Assembly: GCA_038496445.1 (NCBI GenBank)
Contig: JALMLS010000005.1
Coordinates: 174,417 to 238,416 of the forward strand
DNA from: Trichosphaerium sp. ATCC 40318
Taxonomy: Eukaryota > Protista > Tubulinea
Reading direction: 5' to 3'
DNA length: 64,000 nucleotides
Shown here: one piece after another, positions 11,350 through 23,400 of the stretch
How positions within the stretch are numbered: the stretch's first letter is position 1
Layout: each line of letters starts with the position of its first letter
The notes under the pieces: generated by a model
Databases searched by the model: none
The model's input: only the letters and a program-made list of their open reading frames with translations
Told to the model about the DNA's origin: nothing
Program-made: the position numbers and the translations under genes

Positions 11350-14300
11350 ATGAAGATAAGATTACTGTAACTGTTTTATCAACGCGTACGTTTATACTCC
11401 GACGCGTAAAATCGTGCCAAAATTTATAAAACGAATTATAGAGTCTATTACAGAGAAGGAAATACAGTTTCCGTTAGGAATAGATTTAAACACCTTCTTG
11501 GGCCTCGTAGGCATCGGTATAAAATGTGACCCAACGAAAATAACGTTATCTATGCTTGGTACGCGAACAAAAAGCTTTTTTCTTGCCAACTTTGTCTGCC
11601 TAGGCGGAAATCAAATCACCAACGCGTCCGAACTTAGCGACGGAGATGTATTATTCGCTGCAGTAGCTTCTGGAGGAGCCTTGTCAAGTGTCACTACCCC
11701 AAGTGAGTATCTATACCAACTCAACTCACAACTCACACATAGCACAGGTACAGCGCCCGTCTCCTCACCTAAAGCTCCTGTCACCGAAAAAAAGTCTCTG
11801 AGAGCTGAAAAGACAGAAGCAGAGGCACAAACAATGTTCCTAACGTTGTGTGGCCTTTTCCCAAAAGGCACTACTACCTAAGGATAGGTTTTTTTATGTA
11901 ACCTCTATCTTAGCTCGGCGTATCCTATTGAGAGAAGCTGTATCAAAATCACGTGATATAGAAGAAGCTACAAACTACTATGTGAACTCTAAGAGTCAGA
12001 ATGTTAACCAAGGCTCACCAAAGAGGAAAGAAATGTCTTCACAGAGCAATGATGCTACAATGACTGATGTCGCTAAGTCGCCTGAAAAAAGAGATACTGT
12101 TGCTAAAAAACGCAAGATATCGCCTTCACCAAGTACCGAGTTGAAGAAAAAAGATGTGGTTATGATAGACTTGACAACAGACGAGATTACTAAGGAAGTC
12201 AGAGATGAGCATTTAGATTCGTTAGTTGCCATGTTTCCACAGCTTATGACAACATTTTTACAAAGTTCCTTGGCTAAAGCCAATGGTGATGTCCTTAAAG
12301 TAATAGAAAACGTACTCTCAATGGATGAAACTACTAAAAAGAAGTATGAAGTGGGTACGTTTCGTTGAATTAATTAAGACAGTTCTAATCAAATCTGTAG
12401 GTGATGCTCCAAAGACAAAGAAAATCATATACTCATTAAGAGAACTTTGTTTGCAGATTATGTCAAAAGACTGGAGTTTGCATGAGGCCAATGTATCTAA
12501 GGCTCTGAAGAATTATCCTAGATTAGAAGAAGAAATACTAGGTTATATGTGGTCACGCGGCATTGTGAGTGTTTTAGACGAAGAAGAACAAAACAAGAAA
12601 CAAAGGTAAAAAGAAAACTCTTAAAGTATACGAATGCTTATGTTTAGCGATATGGTTGATTTTGCTGGAGAATTGCAGTCGTTACTTTGTAATCCTGATG
12701 ACTTGCAAGAGATTTCTTGGGACGGTACGTCTCTTACCAAAGAATGTCACTAATTTGAGTTTCTCGCAGGAGATCTTGATGGGCAAAATGGTGTAGATGC
12801 AGACTTGGCACAGATGTTGGCTGCAATGGAAAATGATGTAAATAGTAGTTTAAAAGAAGACGAAGCATTTGCAAGGCGGTTACTACAAGAAGAACAAGAA
12901 CGTAACATTGCCTAGTTATTGGTTTTATCTCATTTGTTTTACAAAAGGGCTTGCTGAGATGGAGCGCTTAGAAGCTAAAGATATTGAACTAGCAAAAAAA
13001 CTTACAGAGCTAGAGTCTCCTGATAAAGTACAAAGTTCTAGAAGTGATGCGGACCTTGCTAGGGCCTTACTGAAAGAAGATGAAGAAAGGCGTTTACAAC
13101 AAAAGAAGATGCTTGAAGAAGACGCAAAACTGGCACATGCTCTTCTCAAAAAGGAAGCTGAAGATTACAAACATGGTAAAAAACTTGAAAACAATGCAGA
13201 TAAAATAGCAAGAGATGAGGTACCTTCATAGAAATAACAGCGGTTTTAATTAAAATTCTTCTAGGCATTCGCAAGGTCGTTGGTTGAGCAGATGGAAACA
13301 CAAGTTAAAAAACATACTTTTAGTGACCGTGAGTATGCTAGACAGTTGTATGAAAAAGAAAAACAACAATTAGAACTTGAACGTGCACAAGTACAGGTAC
13401 ATAGCCGACCTGAGTTTTTTCGTGAATTTACAACAAGAGAATACAGGCAAAGTTGGATGCTAAAGCAATGGACGAGCGCACAAAAGCTTTGATTCAAGAA
13501 ATACGTGCATGCGACGAGATTGGAGAAGAAGCGCCGACTAGTTTCCGACAAATAGAGCAACTACGGAGTGATTACCTTGACATAGGGCTTTCACAATTAC
13601 GTGGTATTTTTACAGGCACGGATATGTCAATGCATCTTGCAAGAGGTGTAAACACCGACTCAAATAATTAAAACAAGCCTCAGGCAAAGTCAAAGTTGAG
13701 AAGGTACAAAAACCAGCACTCGCTGCTCGATTTGAAAAAAAGTGGAGAGAGATGAAACAAAAACATGGAAATCACGTGAAGCCAGTATTAGCATTTCATG
13801 GAACAAGGTAAGCTTTATCTTTCATACACTATTCAAAAGCAAAGATAGAGCTGGGAATTTGCCCAATATAGTTCGCATTGGTTTGGTTGTACCTGGTAAC
13901 CATGGTGTTACCCATGCCACCGATAATGGGTACTATGGAGAAGGTATTTATATGAGCCCAGATCCTGGAATGAGTTTAGGTTATGCAGGAAGTGGCAAAT
14001 TGCTGGTTTGTAGCGTGTACGTTTTAGAAAAACCCTTCGAAGTAGTGTGAAGACTCATCTGTTTAGGCTTCTTGGACGCCCTTATCGCTGTAAATCACGG
14101 TGCGATGGTGCTAAATGTAGACCTGGTTTTGATAGTCACATATCACCGGATAACAAAGAAGTAAGGTTTAAACAAAATACTGTAAACTTGCTTACTTTTG
14201 TTACCTACTAGTATGTTTTGTTTTCTGCTGCACAAGTATTACCTTGCTATATAATTTCTTCAAATCATCTTGCTGTGAATTACCAGCGCGGAAATAAGTT

Positions 14301-14406
14301 GTATGAAACAATAAGCCAACAAGTAGTGTCTCAAGAGTCAATGTGGAACAAGAAAAAGATTTACAACCCACCTGCCAAAAAGAAAAAAACAAGAAGAAAA
14401 AAATGA
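11350..14406 (+). CDS. PARP-like ADP-ribosyltransferase with CUE-like domain and DxxLAxxL (MIU/UIM-like) repeats
   Basis: VLAFHGT, GYYGEGIYMSPDPGMSLGY, FDSHISPDNKEYVLFSAAQVLPCYII; LDSLVAMFPQL (CUE-like); repeated DADLARALL, DAKLAHALL, DREYARQLY. Confidence 0.8.
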
Positions 14407-14572
14407 GTATGTTGCAATCTCCCAACTGACAGATAGTATGCTTTGTGCACGAAAACAAGTCAATGATATTGGCTCGTAAATAATGATTTTATTCCGACCA
14501 ATAAACCAAACAACCAGAAACAGTGAGCTGACTTAAGACCTTGTTAAGTTATATCAAAATGTGTTTTTCGTT

Positions 14573-16731
14573 ATGGATTTTACAGCTGGACACCGCTTTA
14601 CGCATGGTTCTGAAGACTCCACAGGTAGTATTTAAATGTCAAATGTAATCTTAAGATAACATAGATATTGACGTTTTATACCTTGTTAAAGAGCTTCCAA
14701 ACGCGAAAAAATGCGTAGAATTAAACAATGAAAGCGATGAAGATAGAAATTTTTTTGTAGTCACTAACGGTGAGAACAGGCCAATTTGTACGAATGGTGA
14801 CGTAACTAGGAGTTGTAACTGCATGCTGGAGAGGCCTTCCTGATGAAGTTAATAACGCATTGTACACAACATACCCGTTACACGATCAAAAGTACCCTCT
14901 TCCTATAACCCGACCTATTCAAAGAAGGTAAGAAGCGTTTACATCAAAATCATCACTGCTTAGTTTGCCAGTGTAGTTTTACGCGTTGTCGTAGCTCTAA
15001 GATCAATGTACGTAGCTTTTCAACCCATTTTATGCTATACACGTCAAACACTTTATTAGCTTGATTAAAATACGCAAAATACCAAAAATAAGGCCTCAAG
15101 TTGTTGCTGCTTTACGCTCGTTCAATTTCACAACACGTTGTGGCTGCATATCCAAAATAAGTTTTTCAGAATTGGGGAGTGAGGATCTTTCAACAGATGA
15201 CTGGAAGTTTCTCGTAAGAGCGCTTTTCCTCTTGTGTCTTCTGTTTGTCTCATAGATATAGGCTTTTCACATTAGCCAATCTTCATTACTAATAAGAGGC
15301 ACTGAAGCGTACACTAAATCAACCATTGCAGCTAAAATGCCAAAGCTTAAACAGTTTCTGTACCGAGAAAAACAAAGATTCTCAGCCACAGTACGCGCCG
15401 TTTATTTATAGTGCTATGTCGCCAAAAGTTAGTCTATATTGATAGCTTATTATTAACAGGATCTTGCTGTACTTGATGAAGCTAAGAAAGATTTTATTGA
15501 CATGATAAAAGACGTTAAGATTTTCAAAAAAGATAATTACAATATGTTCTATTTACAGCGTACATAGACCACTTGCACTTGTATTTGTTCTCACTAATAA
15601 TTCTTTAGCAAGTTATGATATTAAAACACCAAATCATTTCTTATTCCAGTGTGGCGCTTGTATTGTAGACATGCAAGCAGAACGGCTTGTACAAACTATT
15701 ATTTCCTTCGTATTTTTTTCTTACTATTCTTTGAAGGCATACTATGGCTTAGATGCAGTTCAACCACAGAGTAGAGATATAAAACCTTCTTGGACTATTT
15801 TAGATCTAACTGGGCATGAAAAGGTAGTAAAATACACGCGAGACGGATCAGTTGTGGGATTGTTCAAAAATTCTAAAACAACCTTTTATGTCTTAAACAA
15901 AAGTGTTAAGCAAGCTGGTCGCGGTAAACGAAATAAACCTCCAAGAGGATTGATAGGTTTAAATAGTATAGATACAGATAGATATTGGTATATTTACCAT
16001 GAGAATGACGGGTTAAGTATGTTATGCACCTTTTTTCATTTTTCAAAACGATGTTTTTTCTGCTTGTAACACGCGTGTTTAGTTGGTGTTCGCGATAGAC
16101 ATGACTTAACGTTGGCCACTGATTCATCTATTGTAAACATCGAAAAAAGTATAAGCCAGAGTCATTGACTACGCAAAAATACCTAGTAGTGCAAGACTCT
16201 TGCTTCTTTATGTTTTGCAGGAACTGTTTGCAGCTGAACCAAGAGGCTTGGCAGTTCTCCGTTTGTAAAAACTTTACATAAACAAACTCACTCAATACTA
16301 GTATTCAAATATGGTATTCGTATTTCTCCATTCACATTCATCAATGTACTTAAAGGAGCTTAACAAGTTAAGTTATCACGTTCTCACACCAAACTTTCGT
16401 TACCCTTACACTGTACGCAGACATGAATTTTGTTGGTGTTTCAGTTGAACAAGCAATCTCATACTATCGTAAGAACCACAAAGCAGCTTTTAGTAAAATT
16501 GCAGCAGAACAACGAGAAACATTCACAAACCAACTTGAAAGTATCTTGATCACTGCAAATGCAAGTCTTGTGCTGCAGCTAGACCGATATCTCTTAAACA
16601 ACGCTGACACTACGAGTATCACAACAAAACAGCATCAAACACTGCAGAAATACCAACATACACTGCCTAGGGAGAAAGACATCAAAAAGCTTCAGCAAAC
16701 GTACGCTAGTACCAACTTTGAGAGAAACTAA
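14573..16731 (+). CDS. Putative Pol-beta-like nucleotidyltransferase fused to a degenerate RNA-ligase-like C-terminal region
   Basis: FTHGSEDSTDIDVLYLV (hGS..DxD) across exons 1-2, RGLPDEVNNAL; later QCGACIVD...KYTRDGSVVGLF...EPRGLAVL loosely echoes T4 Rnl1-type motifs. Confidence 0.5.
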
Positions 16732-16864
16732 CCACTAAAATACAAGATCTCAGACAACAACCACAGTACTGAATATTCTCAATTTTCCACCTGAGGTTAT
16801 TTCAACTATTCTTCGTCACACTGAACCGAAAACAAGATTCATTGTTGCTCAATGTTGTCATTTG

Positions 16865-17980
16865 ATGGCTGATATCATCCACGATGTTGTGGGGTATGAG
16901 AAGGTTCATATATATGATATTCCAAGCATTTTGAGGGTAAGACAGTACAAGGGTATCATGAATAACAGCATGGTTGTTGTGAAAGTAGAGAATAACACAC
17001 TATTTTCATTGTTGTCAGGGTGTCGTTATCTCGATACAACATTTCCTAGAAGGACACCTGAATCATTTGAGGAGAGTTGCGTAATCAACAATAATGATCT
17101 TAAAGAGCTTGCAGGTGTACATACTATTTATCTTCATGCTTGTAAACATGTGACAGATGAGGGTATAAAAGCATTAAGAGGTGTCCATACTATTCACCTC
17201 CCTTCATCTTCAGTATCAGATAGTGCAATCAAAGCATTAAAAGGCGTACATGAGATTTGTATTGGTGACTGTGATAATGTGACTGATGAAGGTATCAAAG
17301 AACTTGCAGGCGTTCATACTATTGATCTTAGGTATTGTGTGAACATAACAGACGAAGGTATCAAGTCACTACGTGGTGCTCATGTAATCAGTATTTCCGA
17401 CACACCAGTAACAGACAAAGGTATCATTGCATTGAATGGTATTCATACGATTTATCTTGAAAATACCTCAGTGACTGATGAAGGTATCAAAGCATTAGCA
17501 GGTGTTCATACAATTCATCTTGGAAGCACTGCAGTGACCGATGAGGGAATCAAAGCACTCAAAGGGGTTTATGCAATTGATCTTTCTGATACTTCTGTAA
17601 CAGATGAAGGTGTAAAATCACTTTCAGGTGTTTATGCCATTAACCTTACTAACACTATTGTAACAGATGAAGGTATTAAAGCACTGATAGGAGTACACAC
17701 TATAGGCATTAATGATAAAATGACAACTAAAGGTATAAGCTCAATCACAGAGCTTCACAATATTAGTATGTCTACTCATGACGTACTTTCATTTGACGAG
17801 AACGAGTATCACAATATGGTAGCTACAAGGATAAGCCCGCTAAGAGATCTCGATATGTCTATAGACGATGTACTACCTTCATTTAACGCAAATGTGAATA
17901 TAGTTGACTATGGGGAGCTTTTTCTAGCCTACTCGTTAGGTTTAGGCTGGTGTAACTCAGATGGAATGTACTATTCTTAG
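16865..17980 (+). CDS. Intronless leucine-rich repeat protein (VTDEGIKALxGVHTIxL, ~21-22 aa units)
   Basis: Single 372-aa ORF with about 10 repeats; possible degenerate F-box-like N-terminus; no introns, unlike neighbours. Confidence 0.9.
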   Translation: MADIIHDVVGYEKVHIYDIPSILRVRQYKGIMNNSMVVVKVENNTLFSLLSGCRYLDTTFPRRTPESFEESCVINNNDLKELAGVHTIYLHACKHVTDEGIKALRGVHTIHLPSSSVSDSAIKALKGVHEICIGDCDNVTDEGIKELAGVHTIDLRYCVNITDEGIKSLRGAHVISISDTPVTDKGIIALNGIHTIYLENTSVTDEGIKALAGVHTIHLGSTAVTDEGIKALKGVYAIDLSDTSVTDEGVKSLSGVYAINLTNTIVTDEGIKALIGVHTIGINDKMTTKGISSITELHNISMSTHDVLSFDENEYHNMVATRISPLRDLDMSIDDVLPSFNANVNIVDYGELFLAYSLGLGWCNSDGMYYS

Positions 17981-18010
17981 TTACTTATCATATAAATGTT
18001 TATTTAGTTG

Positions 18011-19108
18011 TTAAATTTGTTCACCATTTCTGAACAAAAATACAGTATATTTGGTTAAGCGTTTGGCGTGAACAATATACTTTCCTTCACGCTTGTTGTC
18101 AACAAAGTAACCATGCTCGTGTAACTTACCGCCAACAAACCATTTCTTGTATTCGCCTTCTCTTTTGCCATTGACATAATTACAAATCTCATGCACAGTG
18201 CCTTCAGGGTACCACTTTTTAGATTGTCCCTCTTTTCTGTCCTGTACATAGCAAATCGACTCCTGTTGTTGTCCGTTTTCCCACCACTTTTTACATTCTC
18301 CATCTTGTTTGCCGTTGGTATTGTTATACTGTACTTTCAGTTGACCGCTGCAATACCATTCGTTGTACATTCCGTCATATACACCATTTCTCAGTGTTAC
18401 TTGTACTTTCCTTCGACCATTGTCGTACCAAGTCTTGTACTCTCCTACCTTTTTACCATTGACGCAGTTGAATTGCTGCTTCAATTGTCCGTTTTTGTGC
18501 CATTTCTTGAACTCGCCACTGTACTCATTGTTGACAAAATGAACTTCAACATCCAACTGACCAGTTGCAAGCCAACCCTTAAATTCACCGTGCCGTTTGC
18601 CGTTGACACAAACCCACTGTGCTGATAATTGTCCGTTATTGTGCCAAGTCTTGGCTTCTCCTTCCCGCTTATCCAGTACATAGTGCCAGTGTTGCTGAAT
18701 TTGACCATCCTCAAACCAAACCCTGTGCTCTCCGTGTCGTTTATTATTATGATACTTACACTGTTTTTTCAATTGTCCTGTTCTATAAAACTCTTTGTAC
18801 TGCCCTTGCCTCACACCATTTACAAAGTCACATTTAGCAACTAGTTTACCATCAGCGTTGCACTTTTGCCATTCTCCTTTTTTTTTCAGATTGGTATCAA
18901 ATCGTGTTGTTGCTGCACGTTTTGATACTTGAGGCCACTCTTTGTATATGGTGTGGTCTAAACTCATAATATAAACTTGCAACTCCAACGGCAGTTGTGT
19001 TGGTGAGGTGTAAGGTGCTGTAAAGCTGCTAGCTGACTTGTTTGGCTATAGCAAAGTTAAAGTTGCTGCAGTCTGGTGCTGTACCTTTTTAGATGATGTA
19101 AGTTCCAT
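18011..19108 (-). CDS. F-box-like + MORN-variant (YwqK-type) repeat protein
   Basis: QLPLELQVYIMSLD...WPQVSK then about 11 24-aa repeats (GEYKxWYxNGQL...YVNG). ATG at 19108 joins in frame through a 39-nt gtacag..ctatag segment that ends in TAG (a short intron or a nonsense lesion). Confidence 0.85.
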
Positions 19109-19249
19109 TCTTGTCCCTTTTAATTTCAACTCGTGGTGTGTATCGATGCCAGAGGTTGAATATAAGGAAGTATACAGTATCATTCAATCAGTATTTTTCC
19201 AGAGATATTTCAATCAAGCTTTGATGTTGTAAACCCAAAAGAATCTTCG

Positions 19250-21059
19250 TTAAATCCCGTATTGGCGTAGCCATAGCCGTGAATCGGAGCGCAATAACAC
19301 GTGCTCGTAGTTTGTTTGTATCTTCAAGATATTCTGGTAGGTCCGAATAGGCCTATTCCTAATAAAGAACAAACAAGGTTTTTTTGAAAGCATTTGGTTT
19401 TTTTTTATTTACATTGATTTATACAGCCGTCCTATATTACTGTTACATTCGGAGATAGTTGACTGTGCTATTAGTCTTATAGCCTTTGGTGGTTTTACAG
19501 TGACTCTAATACCACTGCATTTTACTTTCAAAAGACCAACTCGAGTCGGTCTCGCAACAATCTTCAAAGGAAGCTCAATAGGTCTTACTGAAGGTTCACC
19601 ATCTAATATTGTATTTTCAAGGTCTTCTTTTTCTTCACCTTCTTCACCTTCTGTACATGCTTGTATAATCATCTCTCCTGCTTTAATCAACTTTTGCTTC
19701 TTAACTCTGTGATACCTAGCACTATGCCTTCTTCTATGTCGTTTTTCATGGTATCTTTTTGATGCTTTTATTTCATGATTGTTTGTATTCAATGAGATTG
19801 TAGTTTTCCTCTTTTCTGAATGCCTTCTTTTATTTTTTATAACTTTTACCAGGTTTTTACCAAAATCAGTTTTGTCATTACTTATAAGCTTAATCATAAG
19901 ATCTGAAAAAACTAAGTAAGTACTTGACAATCAAAAAAAAAAAAACATAGTTTTTGCATGTATGTAAGGTCTACCTCTTGACTTGGCGAGAATTAATCCA
20001 TGGTCAAAATGACCTGCTTTTTCTACTAGTTTTAATCGGGCATGTGGAAATCCCATCCCTTGGATAGCAGTAGCTAGAGTTTTTCGTCAGTTAAATGGTT
20101 TTTGTTGTACTTTACAAATCTTACATAATTCGATACTTGATGAGTGCATTGGATCCTTCTCTCCACCAGACACTACAAGAATCATGACGGTTGGATGTTG
20201 TTCGCAAAGCTCTTCAAGAGATTCGATAGACCTCAGCGATCCTTGAGAATATCTGACGATAGCACCTTGCCATTGCTGAAAACCTAGACATAAAAAAATT
20301 AAAGGTGATTGGGTACACTCTTCTTACCGTGACCCATCACTCCTTTCATTGTTGAAGCAAGGCTACGGTCTAATACCAATCCTCTAATATACTTTCCTTC
20401 TCTAGATGTTTTACTGGCAACATAAGCAGCCATAGGTCCACCAAGAGAGAATCCATGAAGAATAATGTTTTCAGGTTTAAAAAGCTGAAAGAGTTAATAC
20501 AGCGCATGTCACCCTTTAAATAATTTATGTTCAAGAATAATGCGTACTTCGCCTTCCCTATTTTTTATAGATGTTGTAGCACAATTCCACATTTCTAGGG
20601 CATCCTGATATAGAGAATTTCCGTGTAATTTTTTAATACCTAAAACAGAAAATTAAGTAAATAATATTCCATAACGGACTATTACTGCACCCGTCATTCC
20701 CCATTTACTCCCATGCTTTTTATTAGGTTTATAAGTATCTGACGTACTCGCACCGAACCCTCGATAGTCCAAAGATAAGCACTAAGGCGAAAAAAAAAAT
20801 CAAAAACACAAATCTTTACTTCAAGGAGCATATCCGTACAGTGCAACCTTTAAACCCATATGTTAATGCAATACTACGCGTATTTTCTTCTGCTGAAGCA
20901 TGTGATCCGGAAAATATAATTACAAGGACTCCTTTGTCTGGTTTGTTTTCAGCAGGCGTGTATAACCTCCCACGGAGTATATGTCCTTTTATAGGCCATT
21001 CAACAACACTACAAAGGATGTGAGCAAGTATCTGATATAACGAAACAGTATGGCGTCAT
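19250..21059 (-). CDS. Alpha/beta hydrolase resembling the MARTX ABH domain, with basic low-complexity C-terminal extension (multi-exon)
   Basis: IIFSGSHASAEE, LDYRGFGAS, LYQDALEM, ENIILHGFSLGGPMAA (GxSxG), GLVLDRSLAS, EKD, AGH. 5' end uncertain. Confidence 0.75.
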
Positions 21060-22000
21060 CAAAGGCGTTTTTTTCTTTTTTTTGAAAATCACGTGCGTTG
21101 CTATCACAGAGTGCAAGGGAAGCCAATTATCCTATTTAAAATAGAATGAGCAAGGTTTGCATTAAGGTATCTTCTAGCGTACATTCGTAATGGTACTTCC
21201 ATGCTTGCCTACGTACATGTCTTTCCAGTGTTTTCCCATCGTTTTATGGTCATGTCTTTCAGAATCTGTACCAAATACAGCTGAATTGACTATGGGCGCT
21301 ATATCACTGACTATAGCACGTGTTGCGTATACTTGTCTGCTTGAAGATAGTGGTACGCTGTCTTAGCTGTAAGACTAGCGGTAAATGATACAGCGGACGT
21401 ACGGTTGCGGAGGTGCCAACGCCATGGGCAGTTTAATTATTTGTGGGTTCTACTTTCTGATGAAAAGGTAAATTTAAGTTTCGTTGAAATTATCGAGCTT
21501 TAAGGTCTCGCCATGGTATCTACTGGTATGAGTTTCAAGATAGGAAGCACGGGAAGCCAAAAAGTCCACGTGATTTAACTTAAAATGATTCTCGAGATTT
21601 TGAGTGAAGTGCGGAGCATACACGTGATTCATGTAATGAGATAATCTATTGAATACTAATACCACTTTTGTAACACCATAATACGCGAGGCCTACAGCAA
21701 AATGTCTATCGTACAGCTGTTGCTACACGAGAGATCAAAGCACGAATGACGGAAAACAAGAAAAATGCCACTTTCGCACAGATACGGAAAATAGCCATAA
21801 GTGAAATCAAAAGAATACATACGTTTAAAAGTGTAGTTAAAAGTGCCTTAGAAGTACTACCTAGTCGATTAATTATACAACTATTTTATGACAGGCTCAG
21901 TTATTACACTGTTACTTAAGCTATGTCATCTTTTTTTTTTCTGTTGTTACAAATCGATAGGGTAAAGTATCTATAAATGATTCATTTCTGTCAAGAATCT

Positions 22001-23292
22001 TCATAGTACCAATACGCTCTTCTTCTTTTTCAACACTTTGTTGAATAGCCATATAATCGATACCATATTCCTTTTTTTGTTTTACTTCGAATTTAACTCC
22101 AGGACGTTGAGCATAGCACGTGACACCAAAAGACGGTCCTAAAAATAATATTAAATATTACAATATCAACTACGCAATTATAGTGCCACACCTTGTCCCT
22201 ACAAGAGCTTATTAGTGATGGAATAAACCTACAAACAAAAAAAAAGCATACTTTGAATCTTGACACTTCTTTGAGTACAGCCTCATCTTGTGAATGTTTT
22301 GAGCCATTTAAATACCAAACACGTGTCCCATGTTCAACAGTTGCATAATCAGCTATTCGTTAAACGTCAGTATTCTCACGATTACGTGAAAAAAAGCAAA
22401 TACCTAGATGAAAATAATGCAATGCATTCTTTCTTTGAGCGACCTTTATTGTCTTAGTCAGAAACCTTTTCTCTTAGTTTTACCTTAACATCTGATAATA
22501 GCCTGTGGTATAAGCCAATAACATCTTCGTTTTCTTCAACTTTGCAATAAGGTTGTGTAAAAACACCAAAAAATACAGCACCACCTTTCAAAATTATACC
22601 CTAGAACAATACATAATTAGCTAAAAAGCTAGCCAGGTTATGTTTAAAAACCTGCAAGTACGTGAACATCTGAGTATAAAAACCAGCGTTCTTATCGAAC
22701 CATCTATTAGATACCGACACGCGTAGATTTCCTCTTGTAAAGGTACAATAATTTTCTTTATGCCATGATTCTTCAAAAAAACAGACCATTTAGCACGTGA
22801 ACAAACATAGAATGAGGTTTTCCTTCGTTATACTACGTACGTTTTGTAGTGCCATCTCGTTGAAGGAATAATGGTTCTCTAGGTGCTTCTTAACCAACAT
22901 TTTGTAGGTTTTTTGATAACTTACTTGTGCCGGAACTTAGGATCAAATAAAAGCGCTTTTGTGCGTATACCACTTAATTTCGATGCGTCTGCGCAATCTG
23001 AAACGAACTTTGGTAGCTGTTGGTCACAAGATTCTTTGTAGTCAACATAGCAACCTTGTGATGCGTAAATAACCAAATTGATCGAAATAAAAATGTACCA
23101 ATGCCTATGTATACAACATTTTCGCCCCACTCGCTTGGTGAGTTCGATATTTGTTGTTCTATGGGTTGAATAGGCACCGTGACGGTTTCCTTTTTATCGT
23201 TCTTTTTGCTACATTTGTTCAATTACTAGATTTGTGGTGAAAGTTTACCACGGAGCGACACTGATGGGTATGGGTATGCTTGCAGTCTCCAT
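22001..23292 (-). CDS. Hypothetical multi-exon protein
   Basis: Exons bounded by GT-AG, from METASIPIP to ...NKVLKKKSVLVL*; no recognised domain. Confidence 0.55.
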
Positions 23293-23400
23293 AGTTCAAT
23301 AAAAAGTCTGAAAATAAGGTTAAGCAACAACCGCTATATTTGTACTAGTTACTGAAGTGCACCCTCTATTGTGTCATTTGGCGTCCTAACCACCGAAGAA

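Noticed and set aside
17981-18010. Mimivirus-style polyadenylation hairpin between the LRR and MORN genes
   Set aside because: The stem is only about 5 bp of A/T, and an ordinary AATAAA on the minus strand explains the sequence.
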